Program-made: the position numbers and the translations under genes | Shown: piece after piece, positions 9,344-18,449 of the stretch | Layout: every line of letters starts with the position of its first letter | How positions within the stretch are numbered: the first letter of the stretch is position 1 | Notes under the pieces: generated by a model | Database searches by the model: none | Seen by the model: only the letters and a program-made list of their open reading frames with translations | Told to the model about the DNA's origin: nothing | NCBI GenBank assembly: GCA_029258795.1 | Contig: JAPDKB010000007.1 | Coordinates: forward strand, 1 to 64,000 | Length of the DNA stretch: 64,000 bases | Source: an archaeon | GTDB taxonomy: Archaea; EX4484-52; WAPT01 | Direction: 5' to 3'

Positions 9344-11149
9344 ATGGGTGAGTCCTTAGTATCTCGTATAGAACATAACAGAGATGATCCAAAGCTGAGA
9401 GAATATTTTGGAGATATGGGTCCCAATCCTATTTTCTGGAGGGAAGGGAAGTGGTGTGGTAACGCATGGGCTATGTCTCCGAGAAATCAGCAGATAAGTA
9501 TAAATCCAACGGGTTTTCCGGGATTCATTTCAAAAGTTTATTTTGGAACAATATTTGAGATCAAGAAGGATAAATATAATGTTGAGAAGGTAAACGAAGC
9601 GATAGACGTCTCTCCGGAACATCAGCAGTACTGGCAGATAACTCTTGCCCAGAAGGAAGCGCTCGAACAGAAAATCAAGCAGGCGCTCATGGGTATAAGC
9701 TCATCCATAGCTGATCTCGAGCTTGTAAAGACGGACCTTGAGCGTTATGAGGAGTTTCTGAACTGGATAAAGGATCTGGAAAGTGATGATGAGAAGAAGA
9801 GGAAGGAAGCGATGCTTGTTCTCAAGAGTTTTTTTGTGGATCAGGTGGATTATTATGCAGGAGGTGGCGGAGCTGAAGGTCCGGGTAGATTAAGCATGGC
9901 TTTCATGCGCAACAGAAACATAATGCCGACGATAGTTCAGGACTTCATGATGATGGAAAGTGAGGGTGATCTGAAAGAAGGTGGGAAGCTTGCTCATTTA
10001 CCAGAGGTTGAAAAACAGGTTTTGAGAACAAAATGGAAAGCTTTTGAGGACTGGCTTGAAGTTTTCAGGAGCAATGTGGAGAGAAGAGTGGAGCATTTAC
10101 GCACTCTCGTGAGGAGCAGAGAAAAAACCATTGAAGAAATGAGAGAATCGGCAAAACCGCTTATATTGCGTTACAAGATGATTGTGGATGCGCTTAGCTC
10201 TCCTAAGATGAGAAAGGAAATGCCGCACATTTTTGTTAGAGTTGTGGGTCATGCGATATCCATGACCACCATAGATCTCTGGGTGTGGAAGGTGTATCCG
10301 CTTTTTGATGAATTTCCCGTACCCGGAGAGCTGAGAGCGAAAGTGGAGAGCGAGATAAACCCGTATAATGACTGGACCAAGGAAAATCTTATATTTCACT
10401 CCCAACTCGGACTCATTGCGGATTATCCGTGGATAACTGAAGAGTGGGTTGAGGATAAGAAGTCAGGCATTCTCAGTAAGATGGGGTGGAAGGGGAGGTA
10501 TTACCACTACTACATCTTCATGCCCATAACCCTTGAGAAAGTAAATATAAGGTTTGCGGATGGAGGCGAGCTGGAGGACGGTGTTTTTAAAGTGACGAAC
10601 TGGGCATTGAGCGCTAACGTTATGTTCACGAAACTGCTTGAACTTGAAGCCATGAAGGAAGAAAATGAGATTTACGTGGATGATATGCTTGGGCTAAAAC
10701 ACGAGATTCCTGGAAATCCGGTGGTGTTTTACAAAAAAAGTAAGAAAAAACGGGAGAATCAGGAGATAGTCAGAAAGCACTACGATAGAATAACCAAATT
10801 CGTCTTTCGGGCGAAGAACAAAAAAGGGGATGAGAAGCTTATAGAGCTGCCACGCCTCACCAAATACACAGTGGGGGAGCTTGAGGAGAAACTCGGCAAG
10901 GATGTTGTGCAGGAATTTATCGACCTGAAAGAAGCAAAAGAAGAAAAAAGTTTGCTTGACTCCATAAAGAGATTTTTCGAGTTTTTTGGAATAGATATAA
11001 CTCCATACAGGTTTAAGGGCCCTTACGGTCATTTCAACAAGGACTTTGCGAACAAATACATTGCAAAACCCATGTCTTCGAACTTCAACTATGTGTCCGG
11101 AACGATTCTCAACAAATCGGCGTTTGGCAAAATCCTAAAACCCGCTTAA
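9344..11149 (+). CDS. large hypothetical protein with coiled-coil segments (601 aa)
   Basis: Long ORF with host-like codon use; TATA-like TTTATTAA about 25 nt upstream of the ATG. Confidence 0.8.
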   Translation: MGESLVSRIEHNRDDPKLREYFGDMGPNPIFWREGKWCGNAWAMSPRNQQISINPTGFPGFISKVYFGTIFEIKKDKYNVEKVNEAIDVSPEHQQYWQITLAQKEALEQKIKQALMGISSSIADLELVKTDLERYEEFLNWIKDLESDDEKKRKEAMLVLKSFFVDQVDYYAGGGGAEGPGRLSMAFMRNRNIMPTIVQDFMMMESEGDLKEGGKLAHLPEVEKQVLRTKWKAFEDWLEVFRSNVERRVEHLRTLVRSREKTIEEMRESAKPLILRYKMIVDALSSPKMRKEMPHIFVRVVGHAISMTTIDLWVWKVYPLFDEFPVPGELRAKVESEINPYNDWTKENLIFHSQLGLIADYPWITEEWVEDKKSGILSKMGWKGRYYHYYIFMPITLEKVNIRFADGGELEDGVFKVTNWALSANVMFTKLLELEAMKEENEIYVDDMLGLKHEIPGNPVVFYKKSKKKRENQEIVRKHYDRITKFVFRAKNKKGDEKLIELPRLTKYTVGELEEKLGKDVVQEFIDLKEAKEEKSLLDSIKRFFEFFGIDITPYRFKGPYGHFNKDFANKYIAKPMSSNFNYVSGTILNKSAFGKILKPA

Positions 11150-11153
11150 TTGA

Positions 11154-11987
11154 TCACTTTTCCTCCCTCAAGAACTGCTGGAGGTAAAGTCCCGCAAGCC
11201 CGCTGTACTTTCCAAACCTCCTTTTTGCGTATCTCTCAAGCTCAGCATCCCTCTCAAACACGAAGTTGTAGTGCTGCGCGAATATCTTTCGCATGAGCAC
11301 ATCCACGTAAAATCTGGAGTAGTCCCTGCCCTGCAACAGGTAGAAGAGGGTTGTTGTGTAGTTACCTACGCCCTTCATGTTTTTCAATCTGGATTCTTCG
11401 GGTAGGGCAAATCTATCCACCCTCGAAAAGAACCTTGCCGCCTCCAGAATATAGGTTGCGCGATACCCCACACCGCTATTCTCAAGCAAATGAGGATTTT
11501 CAAGCACCTCAGCCCATGTAGGGAGTCGGTCTTCCAGCCCATAGGAACTCACAACTCTCAACAGCATTTTCTTGTAGGTGTTGAAACTGACGTTCTGCGA
11601 GCATATTATTGCAAATATCGCCTCAAAGGAATCGAAAAAGGCAAGAGCCCTCGTTCCGTAAATTCTATCGTAAAATCTGGAGAGAACTCCATCGTTTTTC
11701 ACAAGCGCATAAAACTCATCCAGTTTTTCCCGGCAGCCAAGGCAGAATTCCAGTCTGTTTTTGATGAAGTCAAGCATGTTTCCATTCAGCTTATCCCTAC
11801 ACCTCACATGACAAACGAGTTTTCCATCTTCTTTCTGATCCAGCTCAAGAAAAACATCTCTACCAAACACATGCAGACATCTTTTTGCATCATTCCCGAA
11901 AAAGAAAGCAAACGGCTCGTTTTTTAGAATCTTGTTCAGATCAAAGTCCTCCGCACATTCAAGAAAAAAGGTGTTGCGATATTCCAT
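11154..11987 (-). CDS. HhH-GPD DNA glycosylase (AlkA/Ogg1-like)
   Basis: FEAIFAIICSQNVS, GVGYRA, HhH MKGVGNYT, Asp in YVDVLMR. Confidence 0.8.
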   Translation of the reverse strand: MEYRNTFFLECAEDFDLNKILKNEPFAFFFGNDAKRCLHVFGRDVFLELDQKEDGKLVCHVRCRDKLNGNMLDFIKNRLEFCLGCREKLDEFYALVKNDGVLSRFYDRIYGTRALAFFDSFEAIFAIICSQNVSFNTYKKMLLRVVSSYGLEDRLPTWAEVLENPHLLENSGVGYRATYILEAARFFSRVDRFALPEESRLKNMKGVGNYTTTLFYLLQGRDYSRFYVDVLMRKIFAQHYNFVFERDAELERYAKRRFGKYSGLAGLYLQQFLREEK

Positions 11988-11997
11988 GTCTCACCTC

Positions 11998-12552
11998 CTA
12001 TTCCCCGCTTTCCACCACATTTTTGAAGAACTCCTCGACCTTCCCCTTGAGCGTGTCTATCGCATTCTCATTGATGATCACGTAATCTGCCATTGCTATG
12101 GGTCCTGCTTTGTTCAGCTTTTCAATCTCCGCTTTATCACGTTCCCACGCTTCCTCCTCGCTCAACGGCCTTACGGGTCTGTTCTTCAACCTTTTGTATC
12201 GGGTGCGGGGAGATGCATACACGTGAAGCACAACAAATCTATCTCCATAATTTTCCCGCATGTAGAGGTATTCCTCCCAGCTGTACAGCCCATCTATCAC
12301 CACCACCTTACCCTCAGAAAGAAAGCCATCTATTTTATTCTTGTTCAGCTTCGCGTAGGCATCCATCCCATACTCCTTCCTTATCTGCTCCCTTATCATC
12401 CTCTCGTTCTTTTCATTCACCTCAAGCCCCCTTTCCTTCAAAATCTCCTCGGTTATATCCCCAAACCTTATCACAGCACAACCAAGCTCTTTGAAAAAAG
12501 AGGCCGCGGTCGTCTTACCGCTTCCAGGCATTCCAACGATACCCACGATCAT
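11998..12552 (-). CDS. P-loop kinase, dephospho-CoA-kinase-like (COG0237)
   Basis: GMPGSGKTT, VVIDG, RDKAEI, IAMADYVIINE; start set at ATG 12552 after SD GGAGG. Confidence 0.82.
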   Translation of the reverse strand: MIVGIVGMPGSGKTTAASFFKELGCAVIRFGDITEEILKERGLEVNEKNERMIREQIRKEYGMDAYAKLNKNKIDGFLSEGKVVVIDGLYSWEEYLYMRENYGDRFVVLHVYASPRTRYKRLKNRPVRPLSEEEAWERDKAEIEKLNKAGPIAMADYVIINENAIDTLKGKVEEFFKNVVESGE

Positions 12553-13030
12553 GCTTCTCCCTCCTTCTGACAATCCTCGTTCCTTCCCTTCCACCTTGCT
12601 CTCTTGCCTTTAAATATCTTTTCACCCACTCACAATGCTTCCACGCAAGTGTGTCCGTTCTGAAAGGGAATGCTCTACATATTGATGGTCTGCTGTGATA
12701 AATTGTGCATCTTCTTCTTTTTGGATCGTAGAAAGCACACCCACCCGCATTTCCCTTTTTATTCGTTATTATCTTAAATGCCATGAGCATACCACTCTTC
12801 TCTCCATATCGAATGTAGTTTTTGAAATATTTGAGAGAGCGCTCATCATGCCTGACTATACGCGCCATATCCTTACTGCTTATAGGGCCTATGATTAAGG
12901 AGGAGCAGCATCTCCCACATCTCAAACATCTGAATTTTTTTCTTGCATGCCTGTCAAGCTGTACATAATCCTCCAGCTCAAAAACAGTCCTGCCGTCTTT
13001 TCCGTTGCGCAGCTCTTCCATGGGCACCAC
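12515..13030 (-). CDS. YkgJ-family cysteine-cluster (Fe-S/Zn) protein
   Basis: CLRCGRCC, CAFY, CTIYHSRPSICRAFPF. Confidence 0.85.
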   Translation of the reverse strand: MVPMEELRNGKDGRTVFELEDYVQLDRHARKKFRCLRCGRCCSSLIIGPISSKDMARIVRHDERSLKYFKNYIRYGEKSGMLMAFKIITNKKGNAGGCAFYDPKRRRCTIYHSRPSICRAFPFRTDTLAWKHCEWVKRYLKAREQGGREGTRIVRRREKHDRGYRWNAWKR

Positions 13031-13086
13031 CCCCTTTCAGAACAGGAGTGGAAATCCGGAGCTGCGCACCAGTATTTAATTAATTA

Positions 13087-14856
13087 TCAGCCCAAGAAAT
13101 AAATGCCTTTCTCCTTCTGTTCCATATCCTTCTGCGATCCGGGTTTGTTTGCCCTCGGTCTGAAGGTTTCTTCATCCTTCCTGAAAGTTATACCCACCTT
13201 TTTCAGGAAGATGTTGATGCCTTCATCAAAACTCATAACTCCTGATGCCTTACCTTCCACTGATGGAATACCATCAAACACCACACACTCCTTGGCAAGA
13301 TAGGTTAGCAGGAGGAGGTCGTGGTCTATAACCATACAGCCCTTGTGAGTGTCCATCAGGAAGCGCTTAAGAAGCTTGGCAAACTTGACACGCTGCTCCA
13401 CATCAAGGAAGCTGGAGGGCTCATCAAAAAGATAAAAATCGGCATCCTTCAGCATGCATGCAGCTACGGCAACACGCTGAAGCTCTCCTCCACTCAGCTC
13501 GTTGAGCTTTCTTTCCATCAGATCATCGATTTCCAATGGCTTGAGTATTTTCTCCTTTATCGAGCTTGCCATTATGTTCTTACCACCTGAAGCGCTCATT
13601 AGAGCTTGAAGGACGGTAATGTCTCCTTCCTTCACCTGAATGTACTGGGGCTTGTACGCTATCTTTATCTCCGCTTCCACCTCGCCTTCATCCGGCTTTA
13701 TCACGCCTGCAAGCATTTTTGCAAAGGTCGTCTTACCCAGAGCATTTGCTCCGAGCACAGCTATTATGTTCTTGTTTTTGAGCGAGCTTCCCTCAACTTC
13801 CAGCTTGAAGGAAGGGAATTTCTTGACAAGTTTGGTGTAGCGTACCACCTCTTCTCCTTCCTCCTCAATTCTTGCCTGTGGTTGGAAGGATAAAGGTTCA
13901 TCCCTGAATCGCACGTTCTCCTCCTTTATGTAACCATCAAGATAGAGGTTTATCCCCCTCCTCACGCCGTAGCTGTTGGACACCACACCATATACGCCGG
14001 ATTCTCCATAGAAAATGTGAACATAGTCCGCCATGAAGTCAAGCGTTGCCAGATCGTGCTCCACCACCATCACGCTCTTGCCACTTTCAGCCAGGGACCT
14101 TATGGCTTTGGCCACATTCAAACGCTGCTCCACATCAAGGAAGCTGGAGGGCTCATCAAAAAGATAAAAATCGGCATCCTTCAGCATGCATGCAGCTACG
14201 GCAACACGCTGAAGCTCTCCCCCACTCAGCTCGTTGAGCTTTCTTTTCAGAAGGGTGCGGAGGTTCAGCATTTCAACAACTTCATCCATCGCTCCGCGTT
14301 CATCCTTGAGAAGGTTTTCAACCTTATCGTTGTAGTAGAGAGGTATCTTGTCCACTTCCTGCGGCTTCAAACTGGCTTTTATCTTTCCTTCAGCCAGCTT
14401 TTTGAGGTAGGTCTGGAGTTCATTCCCTTTAAAGCGCTCCAGAACTTCATCCCAAGCGACATCCTCCTCTCTTCCTAAATTGGGTTTCAGCAGACCAGCA
14501 AGTATCTTTATGGCGGTGGACTTGCCTGTACCGTTCAGGCCAAGCAGACCAACCACACTTTTTTCCTTCGGCACAGGCAAGCCGTAAAGTCTGAAGCCAT
14601 TCTTTCCATACTGATGAACCTTGTTTTTCGGTTCAGAAGCAAGATTCACTATCTTCACGGCTTTCTTGGGACACTTCTTAACGCATATACCACACCCTAT
14701 ACAGGTCAGCTCATCGATGTAAGCACGTTTATCATCCACCACAACCGTTTCATCTCCGGCCCTCACCCTCGGGCAAAACCTCTTGCACTCCTGATTGCAT
14801 TTTTTGGGGTTGCACTTCTTAACATCAACAACAGCTATTCTTATCCTTTCTTCCAT
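13087..14856 (-). CDS. rli1: ribosome recycling ATPase ABCE1/Rli1
   Basis: N-terminal Fe-S cysteines (CNPKKC, CIGCGICVKKCP), two ABC domains, hinge RPRANKPGS. Confidence 0.97.
   Translation of the reverse strand: MEERIRIAVVDVKKCNPKKCNQECKRFCPRVRAGDETVVVDDKRAYIDELTCIGCGICVKKCPKKAVKIVNLASEPKNKVHQYGKNGFRLYGLPVPKEKSVVGLLGLNGTGKSTAIKILAGLLKPNLGREEDVAWDEVLERFKGNELQTYLKKLAEGKIKASLKPQEVDKIPLYYNDKVENLLKDERGAMDEVVEMLNLRTLLKRKLNELSGGELQRVAVAACMLKDADFYLFDEPSSFLDVEQRLNVAKAIRSLAESGKSVMVVEHDLATLDFMADYVHIFYGESGVYGVVSNSYGVRRGINLYLDGYIKEENVRFRDEPLSFQPQARIEEEGEEVVRYTKLVKKFPSFKLEVEGSSLKNKNIIAVLGANALGKTTFAKMLAGVIKPDEGEVEAEIKIAYKPQYIQVKEGDITVLQALMSASGGKNIMASSIKEKILKPLEIDDLMERKLNELSGGELQRVAVAACMLKDADFYLFDEPSSFLDVEQRVKFAKLLKRFLMDTHKGCMVIDHDLLLLTYLAKECVVFDGIPSVEGKASGVMSFDEGINIFLKKVGITFRKDEETFRPRANKPGSQKDMEQKEKGIYFLG
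13390..13514. repeat. 125-bp direct repeat inside ABCE1, NBD2 copy
   Basis: Matches 14122-14246 at 124/125 positions (13489 T vs 14221 C). Confidence 0.93.
14122..14246. repeat. 125-bp direct repeat inside ABCE1, NBD1 copy
   Basis: Matches 13390-13514 at an offset of 732 bp. Confidence 0.93.
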
Positions 14857-14877
14857 TCTATCAGCCCCCAGAAAACG

Positions 14878-15381
14878 TCACTCAAAAACTATTTCAACCT
14901 TTTTGGAAGTTATCAGGGTGGCTGCACTTTCAATCACGTTTTTCGGGATTTCCAGGTTATTCTGGAGATTTGCAGCCACTCTAACTCTATAAACCTCACC
15001 CTCCTTGGTGTACAGGATGTTTATTCCTTTGATGGTGGCAGGTTTTATCAAGCGTTCAACCGTTTTTTCCACATCCTTATTTTCCTCAATCACTTTCACG
15101 TTCTTGCCAAGCTCTTTGGATATTTTTTTGATGGTTGTGCCCTTCTTTCCTATCACCTTTCCAACATCCTCCTTTCTGACCACCAGAATGTAGAAGTCCC
15201 TTGCCTCGATAACCCTTTTTATAACAACATCTTTCAGAGCAGGAATTTTTTCCTCGAGCTTCACAAGCTTCCTGCTAACCTCCACATCAGCTGGAGTTAT
15301 CTTACCTTCCTTTAATTTTGCTTCACATCCTGCACACAGAATGTCGTTCTTTAAACATATCTCGCATATGGGTGCCTTCAT
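14878..15381 (-). CDS. NusA-like KH-domain protein with N-terminal zinc finger (NusA2 type)
   Basis: CEIC...LCAGC zinc motif; KH GxxG loop VIGKKGTTIKK. Confidence 0.82.
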   Translation of the reverse strand: MKAPICEICLKNDILCAGCEAKLKEGKITPADVEVSRKLVKLEEKIPALKDVVIKRVIEARDFYILVVRKEDVGKVIGKKGTTIKKISKELGKNVKVIEENKDVEKTVERLIKPATIKGINILYTKEGEVYRVRVAANLQNNLEIPKNVIESAATLITSKKVEIVFE

Positions 15382-15451
15382 AAAAGAAGCTTTGAAGGGG
15401 AACTTTTAAATTGATTGGGGGTGGAGCTTTCTCACAAGTTATTGTGGTGCT

Positions 15452-15814
15452 TCAATCTTTCATGAATTTCTTTTTAGCTCTCTTTATCGTTCCAGAAACT
15501 CCGAGAACATGAAACACCACTTTCTCCCCTTCAATCTCGGTTATGGTTGCAAGCGCAAACCTAACCATCTCAACGGTTCTGGATGTGCACCTTATCACAC
15601 CTACCCTTTTCTTCTCATCGTAAAGGTTGGATGGGACCCAGAGCATGATTGAAGCGCAGCCAACACTCCCAAAATTATTCATGCAAGCATTCCATACAGA
15701 ATTAACAACCTTCTCAAGCGGGAATGTAACATCATCCCTTTCAGCGATTATTCTGAAGGCAACCCATCTTTCCTTCTCCCTTAGCGTTGGAGGGAGCGGA
15801 TTAAGCTTTGCCAT
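15452..15814 (-). CDS. rnp2: RNase P protein component 2 (Pop5)
   Basis: LPPTLREKERWVAF, GVIRC, VLGVSGTIKRA; start at ATG 15814 after SD GAGGTGA. Confidence 0.92.
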   Translation of the reverse strand: MAKLNPLPPTLREKERWVAFRIIAERDDVTFPLEKVVNSVWNACMNNFGSVGCASIMLWVPSNLYDEKKRVGVIRCTSRTVEMVRFALATITEIEGEKVVFHVLGVSGTIKRAKKKFMKD

Positions 15815-16589
15815 TCTTCTTCTCACCTCTTTTCACAATTTTAACTCCCGGTATGATAAGGCTGGGGTTTCTCCTCCATGCGGCAGCTTTCAACATTTTT
15901 TCAGGATTTTCCGAAACAAATGCCAGAGCTCTGTCCTGCCTGACCCCGAGCACTGATGCGAGCGAAGCCAGAGCCCTACCATCCCTCATCTCCAACGGGT
16001 TTGTCGCTCCCGAGACCAAAATAAAGCTGGCTCCATACTTCTCACAAAGAATGATGTTTCTCTTTATGTGCTGCAGAATGTGGCTCATCTTTTTGCTTCC
16101 CGCATCCAGCAGGCATTTGAAGGATGATGCAATCCCCACATTGAACTCGGCTGCGAGCTTGGCCATCACGTGATCCATCCCACTATCTTTTCTTCCGGCA
16201 TGCGGATCAAGCAGTAAGTCAACCCACGGATGTGAACATGCTACCCTGTTGATGGTAACTTCTCCACCTTTAACCACAACAAAGTCCACTCTTTTTTTCA
16301 ATTTGTCCACATTTCTTTTCAGCTCCTTCTCGCTGGACGCTTGAATACATGCACCCATCCAACATTTCAAGGCGGGGTTAGCGTTGCTCTTGCATTCTTC
16401 CAGCATTTTTCGCGCTTTTTTCACTTCCGAAGTTCTGGAAAAGTTAAAAACAACACCCACCCCATCAATTCCGAGTTTTGATGCCATGGAGAGCATAGAA
16501 CTGAGGTTGTTGATGATTTGTTCGCTATCTTTTTCAGCAAATGCACCATCTCCTGCTGGCATCACCGCAAGGTCAAAAAAGCGACGCAT
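15801..16589 (-). CDS. rnp3: RNase P protein component 3 (Rpp30)
   Basis: VKGGEVTINRVAC, GMDHVMAKLAAE, SGATNPLEMR; adjacent to Pop5. Confidence 0.9.
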   Translation of the reverse strand: MRRFFDLAVMPAGDGAFAEKDSEQIINNLSSMLSMASKLGIDGVGVVFNFSRTSEVKKARKMLEECKSNANPALKCWMGACIQASSEKELKRNVDKLKKRVDFVVVKGGEVTINRVACSHPWVDLLLDPHAGRKDSGMDHVMAKLAAEFNVGIASSFKCLLDAGSKKMSHILQHIKRNIILCEKYGASFILVSGATNPLEMRDGRALASLASVLGVRQDRALAFVSENPEKMLKAAAWRRNPSLIIPGVKIVKRGEKKNGKA

Positions 16590-16671
16590 ACCGAATCATC
16601 GTACTAAAATTTATAAATATATTTGCAGTAAATTTAACTAAACTTTTCGCGTATAAACTGCATGGTGGTAA

Positions 16672-17019
16672 GTGATGCCCATAAGAGGATTTTTGTCAAG
16701 GACTAAAGAACCCGAATATGAGGACTTTGATTATATTGAAGTTGATGAGGATGTGGTGCATGAGGAGGGTGGAAAACTTCTCATAAAGGTGAGAACTCTT
16801 TCAGAGTTCAAGGATGTTGAGGTTATTCAGCAGGATGTTAGGTCTGGCAATATAGTGTTCGTGAAAATAAAGCCATTGAAGGAAAGAGATATGATGGAGC
16901 TCAAAAGGGCCATAGATAAGCTCAGAAAGACATGTGTTGCTCTCGATGGAGACATTGCGGGCGTGGATGAGGATTACATCGTTGTCACTCCTGCTGGTGT
17001 GAGAGTACACCGAGGGTGA
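16672..17019 (+). CDS. sepF: cell division protein SepF
   Basis: DVRSGNIVFV, LKRAIDKL, GDIAG, IVVTPAGV. Confidence 0.9.
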   Translation: MMPIRGFLSRTKEPEYEDFDYIEVDEDVVHEEGGKLLIKVRTLSEFKDVEVIQQDVRSGNIVFVKIKPLKERDMMELKRAIDKLRKTCVALDGDIAGVDEDYIVVTPAGVRVHRG

Positions 17020-17111
17020 CCATTTCTCCTTTCTTTTTCTGTAGAGAGTATTGCTCAACATTTCGAGACACCAAAACCAATAAATACAGATTCATTACAT
17101 CTTTTCATTCT

Positions 17112-17630
17112 ATGGACACTCAAACTCTTTTGAAAAAATTTGATGACTTTATGTTCCTGCTCATCCTGATGGTGTGTGGAGAGCTAGTCATTTATATATT
17201 CTTTCCGGAGGTTGCTCACACTCATCACAATTTACTGCACTTAATAGATTATATAGTTTTGATTGCTTTCAGCACAGAGCTTCTTCTGGGATATCTCAAA
17301 TCCCGCGACTTTAACAAATTTTTGAGGGAGCACTGGCTCTCCGTGATTACTCTTTTTTTCGCGCTGGGGGCGGCAAGAATTTTCAGGGCTGGTCGATTGA
17401 TGAACATTCTGACAGAAGAAGAAAAAATACTGACAGCCACACTACCCAGAGGTTCGAGATTGGTGGAAGCACCCATCATCTTTGGAAAACTGGGAAAAGT
17501 AGGTGCTTATGCCCATAAAAAAAGAAAGATGAGTGCGGGTTATGGTGGACAAACCAGTGTGAGTAAATACACTTTCACTTTTTACAACCCCATTGAACTC
17601 AAAGAGTTGAGGGACCGGGTGGTGAGGTGA
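17112..17630 (+). CDS. membrane protein resembling an isolated voltage-sensor (S1-S4) domain
   Basis: S2-like IDYIVLIAFSTELLL, FLREHWL, S4-like ARIFRAGRL; no pore helices; start at ATG 17112 about 23 nt after AATAAATA. Confidence 0.65.
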   Translation: MDTQTLLKKFDDFMFLLILMVCGELVIYIFFPEVAHTHHNLLHLIDYIVLIAFSTELLLGYLKSRDFNKFLREHWLSVITLFFALGAARIFRAGRLMNILTEEEKILTATLPRGSRLVEAPIIFGKLGKVGAYAHKKRKMSAGYGGQTSVSKYTFTFYNPIELKELRDRVVR

Positions 17631-17638
17631 ACTGATGC

Positions 17639-18313
17639 TCAGCTGCTGTTTTGCTTGACGGAAACGAATTCGCAGTATTCATCTCCTCTTGCCTCACATT
17701 TCACTTCTCTTATTTCCACATCCTTGCCGATTATTTCTTTCAGGGCTCCGGCACACACCCCCGCTATCAGATGGCACACTGGCTCTTTCGTTTTTATACC
17801 TTTCTGCTTGTAATAAGAAGCTATGAATACATTTTGCATTCTTGCCCTTACAATACCTTCATTTGCATCGAACTCAACGAGCTCAAATTTTCCCAGCCAT
17901 CCGTTGTGTCGACCATAACCGAATATTTTTGCTATGATGTCTACAGCATCATTTCCTTTAATTTTCTTTAAGAGCTCTAAATCAAACCCTGATTTGAACG
18001 CAACTCGAAGTTTGGTCATTGTACCGCTTTTCGCCATTCTTTTAAACATCCTTGCAATATCCTGTCCTGCGTTAACTCCTATTTCGTACATCACCTTTTT
18101 GCCAAAGGATGCTCCCAGAAATTCCATAAACGCATCCTGAACTTTCACGAAGGTGCTGTGTGTTATGGCAACCTGCCTTCTTCCATGATATTCTATCACG
18201 CCAACTTCCGAAGGAGTTATCGGCGTGAGCTTGTACCCAAGCCGGTACATGGCTTCCGAAACTTCTTTAAGCCTTTTCCTTTCAGCTTCATCGAGAGTTG
18301 CGGATGTTGACAT
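17639..18313 (-). CDS. V4R domain protein
   Basis: GWLG, EPVCHLIAGVCAG, EVKCEARGDEYCEF. Confidence 0.88.
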   Translation of the reverse strand: MSTSATLDEAERKRLKEVSEAMYRLGYKLTPITPSEVGVIEYHGRRQVAITHSTFVKVQDAFMEFLGASFGKKVMYEIGVNAGQDIARMFKRMAKSGTMTKLRVAFKSGFDLELLKKIKGNDAVDIIAKIFGYGRHNGWLGKFELVEFDANEGIVRARMQNVFIASYYKQKGIKTKEPVCHLIAGVCAGALKEIIGKDVEIREVKCEARGDEYCEFVSVKQNSS

Positions 18314-18449
18314 TCAGAACACCTCACGTGCTTTTTAGATTTAGTTCAGTATTCCCACTATATATCTTTATCTACGTTTAATGTCGAAGATTTCTCTAAA
18401 AACGCTCTATTTTCTATAGAATCGTGCAAAATTCAAGAAAAAGTATTGT

